Below, one piece after another: positions 31,347 to 41,706 of a DNA stretch of 64,000 bases (positions are counted from its first letter, which is position 1; each line of letters opens with the position of its first letter). Source of the DNA: an uncultured delta proteobacterium (lineage in GTDB: Bacteria > Desulfobacterota > BSN033 > UBA1163); contig CAWHBU010000003.1 of NCBI GenBank assembly GCA_963827685.1, positions 448,001 through 512,000 on the forward strand. Reading direction: 5' to 3'. Made by a program: the position numbers and the translations under genes. The notes beneath the pieces were generated by a model that saw nothing but the letters and a program-made list of their open reading frames with translations, had not been told where the DNA came from and made no database searches.

Positions 31347-31645
31347 CTGTTTCGTTTGGAGAATACGGCCAAGGCTTTTTTTAAAATGTCCCTCTCTTCC
31401 TTCACCTTTTCTAATTCCTTCCGGAGCCCCTTTATTTCCGCTTCCTCTGGCGTTACACGGCCCTTCCCTACGAAGGCTTTATCCCCTTTAGCTAAGAACC
31501 TCCTCCTCCATAGATGAAGAAGATTGGGATGGATATCAAGCTCTCGGGCCACCTTGCCTACCGGCATCCCTTTCTCTGTGACCAACTGCACTGCATCTCG
31601 TTTGAACTCACGGCTGAAATGACGATTCTTTTCCCCCATACGCAC
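31343..31645 (-). CDS. IS3 transposase OrfA
   Basis: Identical to 25119..25421. Confidence 0.95.
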   Translation of the reverse strand: MRMGEKNRHFSREFKRDAVQLVTEKGMPVGKVARELDIHPNLLHLWRRRFLAKGDKAFVGKGRVTPEEAEIKGLRKELEKVKEERDILKKALAVFSKRNR

Positions 31646-31807
31646 CTCCTGTCCAATGATACAAATTCTCAGGTGTGTCCATCAACTCGGGGGAAGGTCA
31701 ATCCATAATCATTTATCCCTCGCTCCTATCAAAGGCGAAGATTTGTAGGTGAACTAACCAACAGATGACTTGACAGTGTCTGTCAGATTAAGTATCGTTC
31801 AGGACAG

Positions 31808-31957
31808 GTTAGTGCTCCCGCTCTTTCAAAACCAGGTTTACCGCAGACCTTCCGCCTTAGACTTGGCCTCTCCGTGCTGCATGAGATAGAGTCTCATCGA
31901 CATCACCTCCCCTACAAGACAGTATACCACGTCCCCCTACAAATCTTAACCTTTTAA
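31808..31957 (-). pseudogene. sixA 5' fragment with its upstream region (duplicate)
   Basis: Matches 15880-15980 and 37135-37285; encodes MSMRLYLMQHGEAKS. Confidence 0.8.
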
Positions 31958-32117
31958 ACTCGAGAGTGGCAGATCAAAAATAGTCTATATTCCTCAGTTT
32001 TTGTTTACGAGTACGAGAACCGTCCACGAACCGACTTCCAGCTGTAAAGGTATCTACCCAGTTTGTATCCTCTGGGTCTTTCGCAAGATATAACCTCCTC
32101 TCTTCAAAATCTAGAAA

Positions 32118-32630
32118 TTACCTTTCGCATTGGCAGGCAAGGATTTCGCCAAAATAGACACGATGAAAATCACCTTTTTGATATAACGAAGGCATGATTG
32201 ATTTGTCCAATTCAGAAGGAATCAGATCGTTTTTATAGACGACCCGGCACTCAAAATGAAGAACACATTCTTTGATGATGGGTGCTTTTACCTTCTTGGA
32301 TGGGATAGCCGTTAGCTGTTTTTCTTTAAACTTGTTGTGGTCTCGACCGGACACGGTCCCACAATATTGCACCACCTCTTTCAATTGTGGCGGCACAATA
32401 TTGACGGTAAATTCTCCGGCCTCTTCGATCAGTTTGTAGGTATGACGGGAGGGACGTACCAACACCACAAACATGGGCTTTCGCCAAATGATTCCTATTG
32501 TTCCCCATCCTATCGCCATGGCATTAGGAATACCTTTTTCCCCGTGACTGACAAGAAGCACACGCCCCTCATCAAAGGCTTTTATCGTTTCCCTTACATA
32601 GTCCCTGTAATCAGCAATGATCTTTGCCAT
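32118..32630 (-). CDS. Flavin reductase-like (flavoredoxin) protein
   Basis: PNAMAIGWG, VRPSRHT, EFTVN, CGTVSGRD..K, H.V.FGEI. Confidence 0.88.
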   Translation of the reverse strand: MAKIIADYRDYVRETIKAFDEGRVLLVSHGEKGIPNAMAIGWGTIGIIWRKPMFVVLVRPSRHTYKLIEEAGEFTVNIVPPQLKEVVQYCGTVSGRDHNKFKEKQLTAIPSKKVKAPIIKECVLHFECRVVYKNDLIPSELDKSIMPSLYQKGDFHRVYFGEILACQCER

Positions 32631-32959
32631 AAAAGATCCTCCTCTTAAGAACAAATTTGGGCAAGAATACTAAACAGAAGTAAATCTTTTTTCAATTAAT
32701 TTCAACCAGGGTAGTTATCTTTCGGTCATTCACCAAATTTCATTGAACAGCGAGCTATTCAGTTAGTATACCCGAGTCCCCTGTGCCGGGTTCGTTACAC
32801 GGGCACAAAACGGGCAACTTCGAATATAACGATTCAGCATCAAAGGTCCTGGCCCGGGCTTTTTCTGATAAAGATAAGGAGAAGGTCACTTTGCCGAAGA
32901 GTAGATTTTGTTTTATAGTTTTTTGATTTAAATGAATAAACATCTTTAAGGTCTTAAGA

Positions 32960-34393
32960 ATGAAATACCAATGGGTTGTTCTTACAGTGACAACAGTTGG
33001 AATCTTGATGGCAGGAATTGACTCCAGGATTGTCATCATTGGTCTTCCCCAAGTAGCTTCAGCATTGGGAGCTGATGTAGAACAAGCAATTTGGTTCACC
33101 CAATCGTATGTGCTCGGAACGACAATAGCTCTACTGCTAATAGGAAGAATAACTGACATAATAGGAAGGATTAAGATTTACACTTTAGGTTTTACAATTT
33201 TCACTCTTGGCTCCGCATTAACTAGCCTTTCCCGAACTCCTCTTCAATTCATTCTCTTCCGGGCCATTCAAGGAATAGGAGCAGGCATGCTCTTTACGAA
33301 TAGCCTTGCGATCGTTGTAGATGCAACTCCAAAGAAAGAACTCGGTTTTGCCCTTGGTGTGAATCAGACTGCGTTTAGATTCGGCGCAATGGCCGGGCTG
33401 ACTGTCAGCGGCTTGATTCTATCCTTTCTGGACTGGCGGGCACTGTTCTACCTAAATGTCCCAATAGGTATATTCGGAACGATATGGGCTCATCGAAGAC
33501 TAAAGGAAATGGCAAAATTAGAAACAGGTGCAAGGATAGATTTGTTTGGTTTTATAGCATTTTCAATTTCATTACTCACCTTCCTGCTTGCTTTAACCTA
33601 TCAAGCTTACGGATTATCAGAAGAATTTACCGTTTATTGTTTCTTCACCATCAGTGTAATAACTGCTGTAGTGTTTATATTACATGAGAGAAAGCAATTG
33701 TATCCATTACTCGATTTTGGGTTGTTCAGAATAAGAGAGTTCACCGGTGGTATCATCGCGCTAATGCTGAATGCAGTCGCTTGGGGTGCCATGTTGCTAT
33801 TGATCAGCCTTTACTTCCAACTCATCCTTGATTTGAGTCCGCTTGATGCAGGAATAAGAATGATTCCGTTCGATGGTGCTTTCTTGATTTGTGGGCTTAT
33901 CAGTGGAAGACTTTCGGACAAATATGGACATCTCCCTTTCACAACATTAGGACTAGCTCTCATGAGCCTATCTCTTTATGCCTTATCGACTCTTACCGAA
34001 GCGACTTCATTTTTACATATAATCGTTTACTTGGTTGCATTAGGGATTGGTTGTGGAGGATTCGTCTCGCCAAACATGAGCTCGATCATGAGCTCTGTAC
34101 CCGCGGAAAGGAGAGGAATAGCATCAGCAGTGAGGGCGACTGCTTTCAACGTGGGTTTTGTCATAAGCCTGAATTTGGCAATCTCAATAATGACGTTTAC
34201 TGTCCCGTTCTCGATTGCAACGAAGATCCTATCATCAATTAATGGAATAGGGATATCCCGAGCGGACAAAATGCTCTTCATGAAAGGACTGAACAATACC
34301 TATCTGTGGCTCGCAATCATCAACTCTGCTGCAATTCCGCCCTCTGTCCTTAGAGGAAACGGGAGGAAAAGCAAATCAGGTAAAATTCAGTGA
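32960..34393 (+). CDS. MFS transporter (DHA2/EmrB-like)
   Basis: GRITDIIGR, RAIQGIG, WRALFYLNVPIG; about 14 TM segments. Confidence 0.92.
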   Translation: MKYQWVVLTVTTVGILMAGIDSRIVIIGLPQVASALGADVEQAIWFTQSYVLGTTIALLLIGRITDIIGRIKIYTLGFTIFTLGSALTSLSRTPLQFILFRAIQGIGAGMLFTNSLAIVVDATPKKELGFALGVNQTAFRFGAMAGLTVSGLILSFLDWRALFYLNVPIGIFGTIWAHRRLKEMAKLETGARIDLFGFIAFSISLLTFLLALTYQAYGLSEEFTVYCFFTISVITAVVFILHERKQLYPLLDFGLFRIREFTGGIIALMLNAVAWGAMLLLISLYFQLILDLSPLDAGIRMIPFDGAFLICGLISGRLSDKYGHLPFTTLGLALMSLSLYALSTLTEATSFLHIIVYLVALGIGCGGFVSPNMSSIMSSVPAERRGIASAVRATAFNVGFVISLNLAISIMTFTVPFSIATKILSSINGIGISRADKMLFMKGLNNTYLWLAIINSAAIPPSVLRGNGRKSKSGKIQ

Positions 34394-34626
34394 TACTTAT
34401 AAGCAATGCACATTTTTTTCGAGACAGGGGGAAGGAAAGATATCAAAGATAAAAAGAGTTTCAAAAAGGTATTGAAAGACCTTGTTTTTAAAATTGGGAA
34501 CTCCAGCAGGGATGGGAACCGGCTCTACATCTTTAATGTCAGATTCTTTCAAGATGAGGAGTAAGCATGGTCATAGGGTTTGCTCTTTAAGAAAAGCACA
34601 CCTGGGATAGCACAAGGGAGGATCAA

Positions 34627-34902
34627 ATGAATAAGGCCAATCTTATTAAACAGGTCTCAGAGAAAACCAATATTGAACTGAAAGCAGCCAAGGTCATTGT
34701 AGATACTTTTTTTGATGCCATGCGAGAGAGTTTGGAGAAAGGCGACAGAATTGAGATCAGAGGATTTGGAACCTTTGTGGTCAGGCATTACGGTGCTTAT
34801 AAGGGTCGAAACCCCAAAACTGGTGAGATTGTCCATGTCTTGCCTAAGAAACTCCCTTACTTCAAAGTTGGAAGGGAAATGAAAAAATTGGTTAACAAAT
34901 AG
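34627..34902 (+). CDS. HU/IHF-family DNA-binding protein (IHF beta-like)
   Basis: MNKANLI, IEIRGFGTF, GRNPKTGE, PYFKVG. Confidence 0.92.
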   Translation: MNKANLIKQVSEKTNIELKAAKVIVDTFFDAMRESLEKGDRIEIRGFGTFVVRHYGAYKGRNPKTGEIVHVLPKKLPYFKVGREMKKLVNK

Positions 34903-35025
34903 ATTGAGAAGTAGAGTAAGCTTTTATGAATGGAAACATGGTCATTGAACATCTGAAGGAACTAACTGAAAGATTTGGCGCACAAATCCGCTACCTTGGA
35001 TAATGCTTCATTCCCATTCTCGGCA

Positions 35026-35169
35026 TCAACCCCTTTGCCTGATTCGATTCTCTAAAATAACCTGATCAACGATCTCTCCGCAGGAAATGCATCTCCATCC
35101 AAAAAAATCCTCAACCGGACTGTAAAACTTCTCATAAGCCATAAGACCACCGCATCGATTGCAGTTCAT
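35026..35169 (-). CDS. Small Zn-ribbon protein (47 aa)
   Basis: Not in the ORF track. MNCNRCGGLM...WRCISCGEIVD, with AGGAGG RBS. Confidence 0.75.
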   Translation of the reverse strand: MNCNRCGGLMAYEKFYSPVEDFFGWRCISCGEIVDQVILENRIRQRG

Positions 35170-35489
35170 GGTATCCTCCTTACGTCATCATCTCTTCGAC
35201 GATTTTAGCCTACTATAAAGTTCCTGTTGTTTCGGGCTGATCTTTATTTTCTTTGGTTTCTCTGCTCTTCTCTGTGCCATGACTTTACTCCTCTCAAATC
35301 ACTTCAAAATTAAGATAATCATGGACTGAAAATATATCAACCAACATTGATGATTGGAATTACAAATAAACATAATCAGCTATTATATCAATAAGTTAGA
35401 AAGGGGATTACTTAGATGTTTAGAGGAGATAGGGGATTTTTCGACCATGGTTTTGGCTGAATGCCTGTTTACAAAAAGGCCAATAATTT

Positions 35490-35985
35490 CTTCGGCTCAT
35501 GGAATGTGGCGAAGGATCTGGCTGATAGAGTTTCCCAGGACTTTCTCGGAGGAGGAAATGGACCGGGACCCGGAATCGAAACTAATTGGTGAGCTTTCTG
35601 GTATCTTCAACTGGGCTCTCGAAGGATACAGAAGATTGAGGGAGAGAAAGTTCAGGCTAATGGAGTCTCAGTCGATGAAACTTACGAAGCAGGACTATAG
35701 GAAGGAATGGACAGTGTGCGTGCCTTGGCTAACGAATGCCTTATGAAGACAAAAGACTCTAACGACAAGGTGAAATTTGGGACCGCATATCAAGCCTATG
35801 TCACTTTCTGCAAAAACGATGGAAAGAAAGACCCTGAAAAGAAGACCGACTTCAGGAAAGTGCTCAAAGAGCTTGGATATAGAATTGATAATTCAAGGGT
35901 GGATGGAAATCAAGTCTACATCTTCAACACAAGAGTGGTGATAGACGCTGAATGGGTTATAGAAAAGGACAGATTCAGGATGTAG
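35490..35985 (+). pseudogene. C-terminal remnant of a P4/D5-family primase-helicase, frameshifted
   Basis: HGMWRRIWLIEFP..F...D..L..ELSGIFNWALEG, continuing in the next frame as Y..FC...G...F...L..LG. Confidence 0.7.
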
Positions 35986-36184
35986 TGGCGCTCCTTTCCT
36001 CCAAAAAGGAAGCATTGAAGTCTCTTTTGCTATAGGCTTTTTCCAGACCAAAAATATTGGTCAGGCGGACCTGCCTTCCATTTTCTGATTCAAGAACAAC
36101 CGCTGTATGATCAGCCCACTTTACCCTGCAAATCTGTCCGTCTGAATTGCGGATATAAGTATCTCCGACCTTTATTTCCATAAG
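35975..36184 (-). CDS. Hypothetical small protein
   Basis: MEIKVGDTYIR..., AGGAG RBS. Confidence 0.5.
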   Translation of the reverse strand, partial: LMEIKVGDTYIRNSDGQICRVKWADHTAVVLESENGRQVRLTNIFGLEKAYSKRDFNASFLEERSATTS

Positions 36185-36260
36185 AACATCTCCTCTATAT
36201 ATTTTCAAATGTATCTGTCAGGAAATCAAGCCGGAAGGAGCCAACCCATAACAGGTTCAT

Positions 36261-36476
36261 GTAGAAGAATCGGAGTTACGTTCAGGGACGCGAAAGAGAG
36301 AGGTGGTCAGAGCAAGGAAGATCTTTTGTCAGTTAGCGATCTGGAGGATGGGTTATCCTGGTGCCGAGGTTGCGCGTTTTCTTGGAGTGACGACTTCTTC
36401 GGTCAATCGATTGGCTGTTTCCAAAGACGTGGCCAATTTAAAGAAATATCTTAAATTGTTTTAGAACCAACGTCCC
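36261..36476 (+). pseudogene. C-terminal remnant of a REP-associated (Y1/RAYT-like) transposase with DnaA-C-like HTH, plus end motif
   Basis: Manual translation VEESELRSGTRKREVVRARKIFCQLA...GAEVARFLGVTTSSVNR, followed by AACGTCCC. Confidence 0.6.
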
Positions 36477-36487
36477 TATCAGATTAC

Positions 36488-37140
36488 GATCGATGCCAAA
36501 GACCCTTACACCCGAGGCCATTCCGATCGAGTCAAAACGATGAGCTTGAGACTCGCTCGTTCATTAAGGCTCACAGAAGATAAGCTGGAGATTCTTGAAT
36601 ATGGAGCGCTCCTCCATGACATCGGGAAGATCGGCATCAACGACGGGATACTCCAGAAGTCAGGACCCCTCACTGCCGAAGAGTTTCAGTTAATTCAGGA
36701 GCACCCATTAATTGGCGTAAAGATTGTGGAGGGAATCGAATTTTTTGAAGATATGATTCCGATGATTCGTAACCATCACGAACGTTTTGATGGCTGCGGG
36801 TACCCAGATGGGTTGATTGGAGAAGCCATTCCCCTGGGGGCAAGGATTATTGCTATATCGGATGCCTTCGATGCTATGACAAGCATGAGGCCTCATCGGC
36901 CACTCATGCCTTTTGAGGATGTTCTGGGGGAAATGGAGAGGGGTAAGGGCAGACAATTCGATCCAAAGATTTTGGAAATTTTCTTGCGAGAAGAGATTTA
37001 CAGACTTAGAGGAAAAATAGCGCAACCGCTAAGCTATAAGTGGTCTGTGGAAGGTGTAGATTATTAATCAGCCCCACTGCTGTCCAAGAACGGCTGAAAT
37101 TGGTATAACGGCAGCTGATTTCATTCGACATTTTGGTTAG
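36488..37140 (+). pseudogene. 5'-truncated duplicate of the HD-GYP gene and its downstream region
   Basis: Near-identical to 20889-21542; lacks the receiver domain and start. Confidence 0.9.
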
Positions 37141-37320
37141 TATTCCCGCTCTTTCAAAACCAGGTTTACCGCAGACCTTCCGCCTCCGACTTGGCCTCTC
37201 CGTACTGCATGAGATAGAGTCTCATAGACATCGCCTCCCATGCAAGACAGCAAACCACAGACCGTGACAGATCTTAACCTTTTAAGTACCTGCGCTGATT
37301 TCAAACGGATACCACCAGAA
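37135..37320 (-). pseudogene. sixA 5' fragment with upstream region (second duplicate)
   Basis: Matches 31808-31957 and 15880-16020. Confidence 0.8.
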
Positions 37321-37321
37321 T

Positions 37322-37373
37322 CACCTCCGAGGCGATTCAATACCGCAGCTTAGATAGAAACCTCATTTCCTGA
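37322..37373 (+). repeat. Direct repeat of the comM 3' end (att-like copy 3)
   Basis: Encodes [15 protein letters not shown]. Confidence 0.9.
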
Positions 37374-37518
37374 CGTTAGAAGATTTGTCTGTGCAGGATA
37401 GATAATAACTTTGAAATCCCCCCTTTTATTAAAGGGGGGCGACGGGGGATTAGGAATTTTCATGATTTGTGGGTGATTAAGCTCTCATAGCTAATCACAC
37501 TATAAAGGGAGTTTTGAA

Positions 37519-37626
37519 TTGGCAGAAAAAATTCTTAGATGCCCGTAAACCGAAGAGAGAGGGACCAAAAAATAGTCTGTACCTGGCAGTTATTATTAAT
37601 GAATACGAGAACCGTCCCCAAATCGT
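37519..37626 (+). repeat. Repeat ending in ACGAGAACCGTCCCC (also 48870-48978; partial at 31957-32025)
   Basis: Shared GCCCGTAAACCGAAGAG...CAAAAAA.AGTCTGTA...TTATTATTAATGAA.ACGAGAACCGTCCCCAAATCG; resembles a decayed RAYT 3' end. Confidence 0.7.
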
Positions 37627-37775
37627 TTTAACCTGGTTCCAACTTTTTTAAACCTAATACAACATTCCTTTGAAGACTAAACGAGATCGATGTTGAAAAG
37701 AAAAACGGAATTCTTTGCTTTACAAACCATTGAGGGGAGTGATATGTTAATCCACCTCAATGGAGGTGGGTTAAC

Positions 37776-38525
37776 GTGATTTCGCAAATTGTCTTTTCAA
37801 TTATAGGAGTTTTATTAATCATGATTCCTGTTCTCCTCGGTGAGAAAATGTTTGGTAAATGGAAACCGTTATTATGGATTATTTTTATCCTTTTAGGAAT
37901 CGGCTCTATCCTCGTTGCGGTACGCTTGGCAATAAATGAGAAAAATACGCAGGACCATTATACGAAAAAGATCAATTGTTTAGTAAGTAAAAGTGAAGAG
38001 AGCAAGAAGATACTGCAAGAGCTTAGAGGAGAGATTAAAGAAGTCAAAGAAGACTCCAGGCAAACCACGAATGTGGCAATTCAGATATTTCAAACGCTTC
38101 CATGGAATAAAGGAAAAGAGATTAAGATGGTTAAGGGAGTTGAAAAACAGGCCAGTATAACACTAACTGCTATTTCAGGTTTTACAGCTGAAGCTGAAGT
38201 CGTAAGGGGCTTAAAAGGTCGTGCTGTTTCTTTATCTTCTCAAATAGCTCATTTTCTGATTGATCGTTATCGCAGTGAGCCAGCATTACCAGCAAATATA
38301 TATACCTTTAAAGAAGATGCTAATAAATTTCTTTCTTACTTCAAAGATACAATGAATCAATATTCGTTAAAATTTGGATCTGAAGTTGTTAAGGTTCGGA
38401 ATGAATTTGCGGATAAAAAATTGAGAGATACGGAGTTAGACAACTATTATCAACACCCAACCACTCCGGTCGAAATTCGTATCATTGCCGAACGCCTACA
38501 AGTTTTAGCAGAGCAAATACCTTAA
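37776..38525 (+). CDS. Hypothetical protein with 2 N-terminal TM segments and a coiled coil
   Basis: GGAGG RBS with GTG start; AT-rich; 249 aa. Confidence 0.7.
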   Translation: MISQIVFSIIGVLLIMIPVLLGEKMFGKWKPLLWIIFILLGIGSILVAVRLAINEKNTQDHYTKKINCLVSKSEESKKILQELRGEIKEVKEDSRQTTNVAIQIFQTLPWNKGKEIKMVKGVEKQASITLTAISGFTAEAEVVRGLKGRAVSLSSQIAHFLIDRYRSEPALPANIYTFKEDANKFLSYFKDTMNQYSLKFGSEVVKVRNEFADKKLRDTELDNYYQHPTTPVEIRIIAERLQVLAEQIP

Positions 38526-38943
38526 CGGTTGGCATCATTACAAATAGTTTGTAAGCTATGGTTTGTAAAGTAAACAGTTCCCAAGAAAAATGAGGAAGGA
38601 TCGTGAAATCACTCTTTCTTCCTGAGATTTGGACTTTCAAAAAATTCAAGGAAAAGTGTATATTGCAACCCAAGACAAAGACAATTTAGTTAATATCCCT
38701 TTTGTTGTTCAGGGTACGTTATGGAGGATTTGACAGCGGAGGACGTGATTGGGCTTTGCAAGAAAATTTTTCTTGACACAACCATAGCCTTCCAATATTT
38801 TAAGATTAACTGTTGACAGGCTAAATTAGACCGACCAAATATAATCTATAATTTCCACTTCCATTGTTGCAATAACTTACCTAGCGTGCTGGGTTAGTCA
38901 ATGTATATAATTTCCTAAATATAAGTAAAGGAGGCATCAGGCG

Positions 38944-39267
38944 ATGGAAAGTAAAACTAAATTTTTGGTATTTTTTAACAAGATTTCTGACAAGGATAAA
39001 GGGTCAATAAGGATAGAGGTTAGGGATAAAGCCTCGGGGGAAGTCGTATGCCCGGAGATGCAAATTCAAAACTGCTCGTATGAGGAATTTGAAAAGCTCA
39101 CTAGAGGGGCGACTCCTCCTAATCGTGAGGAGAAGAACTATGTTATAGAAATGGAATGGGGGGAATTAAGGCACCGGCTTAGTGGACTTAACAGACCAGC
39201 GCTTGAAGATTGTTTTGAAAGAGTGGAAGAATGGATGAGGAAGAGGGGGCAAAGAAAAATAATTTGA
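38944..39267 (+). CDS. Hypothetical protein
   Basis: AGGAGG RBS; 107 aa. Confidence 0.6.
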   Translation: MESKTKFLVFFNKISDKDKGSIRIEVRDKASGEVVCPEMQIQNCSYEEFEKLTRGATPPNREEKNYVIEMEWGELRHRLSGLNRPALEDCFERVEEWMRKRGQRKII

Positions 39268-39479
39268 TTTTATCAGATTTGTTGGGGGGGGGACACCATA
39301 AGGCTATAAATAGTTTCATATTAATCATGGTAAACATCGAGAGGCCGGGTGACGAAAATCATCGGACCTTTTTATTTGGTCCTTTCAAAAATCGCACCCG
39401 CCAGCAGGGCAACCAGCCTGTATAGGAACAACCACCGTTATTCTGTGTCGGGTCGAGTGGCGTTGTTGGGCCTCGCATT

Positions 39480-40445
39480 CTATTTCGATTCGCCCTCACG
39501 TTCTTCTACCTGAATCGAAGCTAATATCTTCTTTATGATATTCTTATGTTCTTCCTCCTTGATCTTTCCCAACAATCCTCTAAGCTTCTCGGCCTGCTCA
39601 GGAAAGATGATCGTGCTTTTTGTTTCTTCTAAAATCTTTGGTAATCTAAATTTGAGATTCCAGGTTCGTTTTTCCAAGTCATATTCCAGCAATTCGATCT
39701 GAGCGATGATTGCGCCCATTTTTCCTTCTTTCGAGAATCTGTATGCCTCCATCTCCCTTACACGCACTTCAAGCTCCGGAAGCTTGTCCTCAATTCTCAT
39801 AACGGAAGAGGAAGTAGACTCCAATATCTTTGTAGAGTTCTCGATGAGTTTTGTGATTTCCGCCTTGTGAGTAAGAATTTCATTCTTGGCGACGTTTAGT
39901 ATATTCGCAGATGCTTTTTCGATTTCGCGTTGAGTGGCGGCATTGGTTTTTTCAATTAAGTTCGCTTCGGAAGTCTTGACCTCACTTGTTGTAAGGTTGG
40001 CGATCTCCTCCTTGACTCTTGCAATCTCCGTCTGAGTGACCGCATTGCTTTTTTCACTGATCTCTTGCTGGGCAGTCTGAATTAGACTTTTTGTAAGCGC
40101 TTCACTCTCTTCCCTAATTTTGTCAATCTCTCTTTTGTTGGCGCTGATATTGAAGTAAAGGTTTACGGAAATTAGACCTAAGAATATTGCCGCTATTGTC
40201 GCAAGCGTCCAATAGACCGTTTGCAGGATTCTCTCGTTTGTTTTTTGTAAGAGATCAACTTTCGCCTCCAAAACTTCAAGTTTGGTGGATGATGATGGTG
40301 GGGCAGCTGTTGATTGCAAGACCTCAGGTTTGGTGGATGATAAAGGTGTCGCAGCTGTTGATTGCAAAGGTGATCCGAAACATATGATTCCGAAGAAAAG
40401 AATTATTGAGCAGCAGTAATTAGTTCTTACTGTGGGTAGATTCAT
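39480..40445 (-). CDS. Hypothetical membrane-anchored coiled-coil protein
   Basis: Signal/TM segments, a duplicated QSTAA.P.SSTK.EVL unit and long heptad-rich region. Confidence 0.7.
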   Translation of the reverse strand: MNLPTVRTNYCCSIILFFGIICFGSPLQSTAATPLSSTKPEVLQSTAAPPSSSTKLEVLEAKVDLLQKTNERILQTVYWTLATIAAIFLGLISVNLYFNISANKREIDKIREESEALTKSLIQTAQQEISEKSNAVTQTEIARVKEEIANLTTSEVKTSEANLIEKTNAATQREIEKASANILNVAKNEILTHKAEITKLIENSTKILESTSSSVMRIEDKLPELEVRVREMEAYRFSKEGKMGAIIAQIELLEYDLEKRTWNLKFRLPKILEETKSTIIFPEQAEKLRGLLGKIKEEEHKNIIKKILASIQVEEREGESK

Positions 40446-40525
40446 AATTACTCCTATTAATGTCATAAATTTGGAAACACATGAGTGGTTCAGCTCCGAG
40501 CCATTCGGATGACAGTTGTTCTTAC

Positions 40526-40589
40526 GTCTGATATTGGAGCTCAGCGAGAGCCAGATTTATCGGCGATCCGGTAGAGCGCCTTGCTATGC
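40526..40589 (-). other. Degenerate attC-like site
   Basis: Minus strand GCATAGC-AAGGCGCTC...GCCGATAAATCTGGC...GAGCT...ATCAGAC; 64 bp, with eroded R''/R' boxes. Confidence 0.4.
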
Positions 40590-40642
40590 CGCCTTAATAC
40601 CTTTCCGACTCTTTAGGCCCGATGTCGTTTTAGAGACCTTTG

Positions 40643-41059
40643 TTAACCCTCTAAAATCTCTTTCAGGAATCCGTCTACCCCAGCAACTTGGTATTGAACA
40701 GCTTTGAACAGATCATTCAAAGCGTAATTCTGAGGAAAGGTCCATAAAGTCCATCCCTCTTCATCAATAAGCTCAAGAGCTATTGAAGATGACCAATAGG
40801 GGTATTTAGGGGGCTTGCCTGATAATAAGGATGAATAGGAATAGGCAGCAAATGGTCCAGGATCATCAACCAGATAACTATATTTGTAAAGTCTCAGGTT
40901 TCTATCTTTATGCTTAGTTAGAAAAACTGTCTCTATCCTAAGGTCTTCACGACCTTTAAGCCTATCAGCTTTATCAACAGACCATTTAAGCTCACCCGCT
41001 TGAGTCAGCTTAATAAGTTTAGTAATAGCTTCAACCCATTTATCTGGTTTATCAGTCAT
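40643..41059 (-). CDS. Hypothetical protein
   Basis: 138 aa, coupled to the upstream gene. Confidence 0.7.
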   Translation of the reverse strand: MTDKPDKWVEAITKLIKLTQAGELKWSVDKADRLKGREDLRIETVFLTKHKDRNLRLYKYSYLVDDPGPFAAYSYSSLLSGKPPKYPYWSSSIALELIDEEGWTLWTFPQNYALNDLFKAVQYQVAGVDGFLKEILEG

Positions 41060-41060
41060 A

Positions 41061-41495
41061 TCATTGTCTCCATTTAAGATCGGATTGCAATTCTTGAACT
41101 TCTGCTATCAACTTATGGATTTCCACGTACACTGCCCATAACTTATCCTGGTCTTTTTCGGTTCGATCATAATTCTTAACGGCTTTGAGAACTCTTTTTA
41201 TAGAGGATTTGGTTCGTCTGCTTACCTTACCTTTTAGCGATTTCAAAGTGATTTCAGCCCCAGCGAGTTCCAACTCTATTTCTTGGCCGGAATTAGAGAA
41301 GTCTTCTTGATAGGAAGAAATTTTGCCAGCATGTTGTCTCATCTTTTCTAATAATTCAGGCACACGAGCTGTAAAAATGTAAAACCGTTTAATATTTCTC
41401 AGGTTGATAAAGATCATAATTGTGAGGAGCAATCCAATGATTGAAGCGGCATTACCGAGGTCCGAGAGGGTTACTTTTTTGAGCAACTCCAACAT
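41061..41495 (-). CDS. Hypothetical protein with N-terminal TM segment
   Basis: 144 aa ORF. Confidence 0.7.
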   Translation of the reverse strand: MLELLKKVTLSDLGNAASIIGLLLTIMIFINLRNIKRFYIFTARVPELLEKMRQHAGKISSYQEDFSNSGQEIELELAGAEITLKSLKGKVSRRTKSSIKRVLKAVKNYDRTEKDQDKLWAVYVEIHKLIAEVQELQSDLKWRQ

Positions 41496-41706
41496 AGATA
41501 CCTTTGTTCATCAAACCTGAAATGGGTCTTTCACCTCAAGAAGTCTATACCTTTCTGGGGAAGCTGTCAAATTTTCCACATACGAGAGGAATCCGGGGGG
41601 CCACCGGAGGGACGGGGGGAGGAGAAATAAGATATTGACTTTTTTGACAAGGGGCGTATCTTATTCTCAAATGGTCACTAAAATCTGATTGGGATATAAT
41701 TGCCCT

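Larger units (their letters stand above)
30459..31700 (-). mobile_element. IS3-family insertion sequence, copy 2 (near-identical to copy 1)
   Basis: Same TIRs, ATC duplication and identical proteins. Confidence 0.95.

Noticed and set aside
35354-36500. Intact prophage or satellite
   Set aside because: Only a frameshifted primase fragment; no integrase, structural or packaging genes.
20889-37140. Diversity-generating retroelement TR/VR pair (HD-GYP duplicate)
   Set aside because: No reverse transcriptase is present, the duplicate is ~650 bp, and differences are not restricted to adenines.
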